DNA of 64,000 nucleotides from Lama guanicoe (taxonomy: Eukaryota), in the NCBI GenBank assembly GCA_013239625.1, contig MU054212.1, forward strand, positions 186,001 to 250,000. Direction: 5' to 3'. Shown here piece by piece: positions 62,165 through 64,000 of the stretch. The notes beneath the pieces are model-generated. The model saw only the letters and a list, made by a program, of their open reading frames with translations. It was not told where the DNA came from and did no database searches. Made by a program: the position numbers and the translations under genes. The first letter of the stretch is position 1. Each line of letters begins with the position of its first letter.

Positions 62165-64000
62165 CATATATAGTGGGTCCTGTTCCCACATTGTGTCCTC
62201 TTACACAGCTTGCACAAGATTCTTATCTGTCAGTATAAATCACATAACATTGGGGATGTCTACTGGAACCTGAAATTTCCAAACTGAGCAACATTTCTTT
62301 GTACAAAAAGGTACATATCTATCACCTGAAAAGCCAAAAACATAGCTGTAACATTTCAACAAGACAATATATGGGTACTTCTTGCTTTTTGGTTGTTTTG
62401 CTAAGGAGGATGGTAACACTGGAACTTGAAGAAGCTAATAGTAAATTAATTTTATGCTTGAACTTCTTTCTATTTTGAATGTTGAAAAGTGACATAACAT
62501 TTAACTCTTCAGGGTAACAAAAGACAGTAGTACAAATCGTGTCTTTTCATTCAAGCTACTAGTTTCTTGCCTAAAAGTAAACTGTAATAAGCAGGCAAAA
62601 TAAATATCCTGAGGAGAGTTATTTCCCATTGAATCAAAACTAACAATTCACCTTGACATTATAATACATAGTTGTTTAATATTCTTTCTGTGCCTTGAAA
62701 CCTGTTAGTTTATCTTTCTTTAATGGGAATCACCACATAGCAAGTATTATATGTGTGTTTGTTTGTTTGTTTTAATATTTATTTTCTTGGGTTGAAAAAC
62801 TTAGGAAAAGTAGCACAAACCAAACAGAACAAGTATGTAAAACTAAACTGTATCTAAATAGATGGAGAATTTCGTTAATACTCTTACAAGCTTGTGTTGC
62901 TGTAAAAACGGCATCTACATGACTAAAGAATTCGTCCCACTTTAAGTCTGCAATGTTGTTCCACCTGAGTGCTGGAAAGATGAACTTGACGTACAGTGTC
63001 GACCTTCTTTGCAGTATTATAGACGCTAGGGGCTAGGTGCTGAGTGGCATTCGCACACATGACATCCTTCCAAAGAGGAACTATGTGGTAACAAAACTCA
63101 AAGTAACTTGGAGGGGAAGTAAAACTGTAGAGTAATTTATCACCACAGTTACTAACTCCAATGCAGTACCAGAATTCACTAGTTTTTGGTGGAACTATTA
63201 CAAGGTACAGGTTATATGCAGTTCCAGAGTGCCAACTGCTACCCTGTTCCTTCTTCTCCTGAAAGAACTCATGGTGGAAGGAAAGTGAGAAAGAGTGAAG
63301 AATTGTAAGAATAGCCTTAAACTTTGAATTTGATTTAATTTACCTTTAAAAATAATTACAAATGTATTTTTACAAATAATTAATACAAATATTGTATAAG
63401 TATGTGTACAAATATTTAATAATTATAAACATTGATACTTTATTATAAAAGGTAAGTTACTTAATAAGATCAGGACACTTGATACAAAGCAGAAATGAGG
63501 AGGCCTGGACTGTCTTCCAGACCTTTTGTTTTATACCTGACATCACCTCTTTTTATGTCTGCATTGAACAAAGTTGTCAAGTAGATGAAGCATACTTTTG
63601 ATGTCTCCCACATCTTATATTTGGAGTTCCCCCCAGCCTTTGGTACCCCACAGCCCTGACCCCTGACTCCCAGGACCTCTACAGTACAGTCCTGCAGCAC
63701 TGCCCCATGCTTCACAGCTTCCTCTTCCCCAACAAAATGTACCTGCCCAGTGTTCTGTTTCCTAGGTCTATGTTCTCTGCAGTGTGAATATGATCACGAG
63801 TGGGTCAGTATGTTATTTCTCCTCTGGTCACATATTGCATTTAACAGGCACTTTTCAGAGTTTATCTTTAACCAAAGGAGTTCATAGGAGGCAGCAGGTA
63901 TCTTTGATTGGGTACAACCTGAAATCTCACTCTACAGTACTTTTCCAATCAGTATGGTTTGCTTTTTTAGCACTTTGTCCCTTCCCTTATTATGCCTTTA

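Noticed and set aside
1..64000. Protein-coding genes among the listed six-frame ORFs
   Set aside because: All are short (172 aa or less) and resemble no cellular protein I recognise. Many lie in L1, L2, MLT1 or microsatellites. Only the ERV-derived ones (e.g. 44930-45211, 45905-46129, 46568-46828) carry real but decayed protein signal.
1..64000. CRISPR array, prokaryotic defence system or operon
   Set aside because: The sequence is mammalian, with no regularly spaced repeat-spacer structure and no gene-dense regions.
1..64000. Conserved miRNA hairpins, tRNA or snRNA genes
   Set aside because: No match by eye to mature miRNAs or structural RNAs I could recall; tRNA-like heads belong to MIRs. 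An Infernal/Rfam scan is needed to exclude them formally.
1..64000. Window-wide enrichment of single AP-1 sites
   Set aside because: About 8 TGA(C/G)TCA sites are expected by chance in 64 kb and the number I noticed is not clearly higher. Only the paired arrangements were reported.

Overview
This is AT-rich, CpG-depleted mammalian DNA from an intergenic or deep-intronic region. The two youngest L1 3' ends resemble camelid (camel/alpaca) L1s, and I saw no Alu, B1/B2, Bov-tA/CHR, PRE-1 or Can-SINEs; the species call is inference from memory. I can support no protein-coding exon, tRNA, rRNA, miRNA or CRISPR array. The listed ORFs read as chance ORFs or decayed transposon sequence. Much of the window is ancient transposable elements (MIR, L2, L1M, MLT1, ERVL LTRs, hAT-Charlie MITEs). 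Main structures: (1) an orphan CpG-island promoter at ~5.0-5.6 kb with ISRE, NF-kB and CLEAR/M-box motifs; (2) a decayed two-LTR MER110-like ERV1 provirus at 42.1-47.8 kb with RT, RNase H, integrase and env-TM remnants but no gag; (3) two young L1 insertions with clear TSDs; (4) a near-perfect 205-bp tandem duplication, possibly an assembly artefact; (5) a ~110-bp local copy pasted into a MIR; (6) several candidate enhancers. I found no evidence of a novel biological system. Repeat family names come from recalled consensus sequences and need a Dfam/RepeatMasker check. Boundaries without a stated TSD are approximate.
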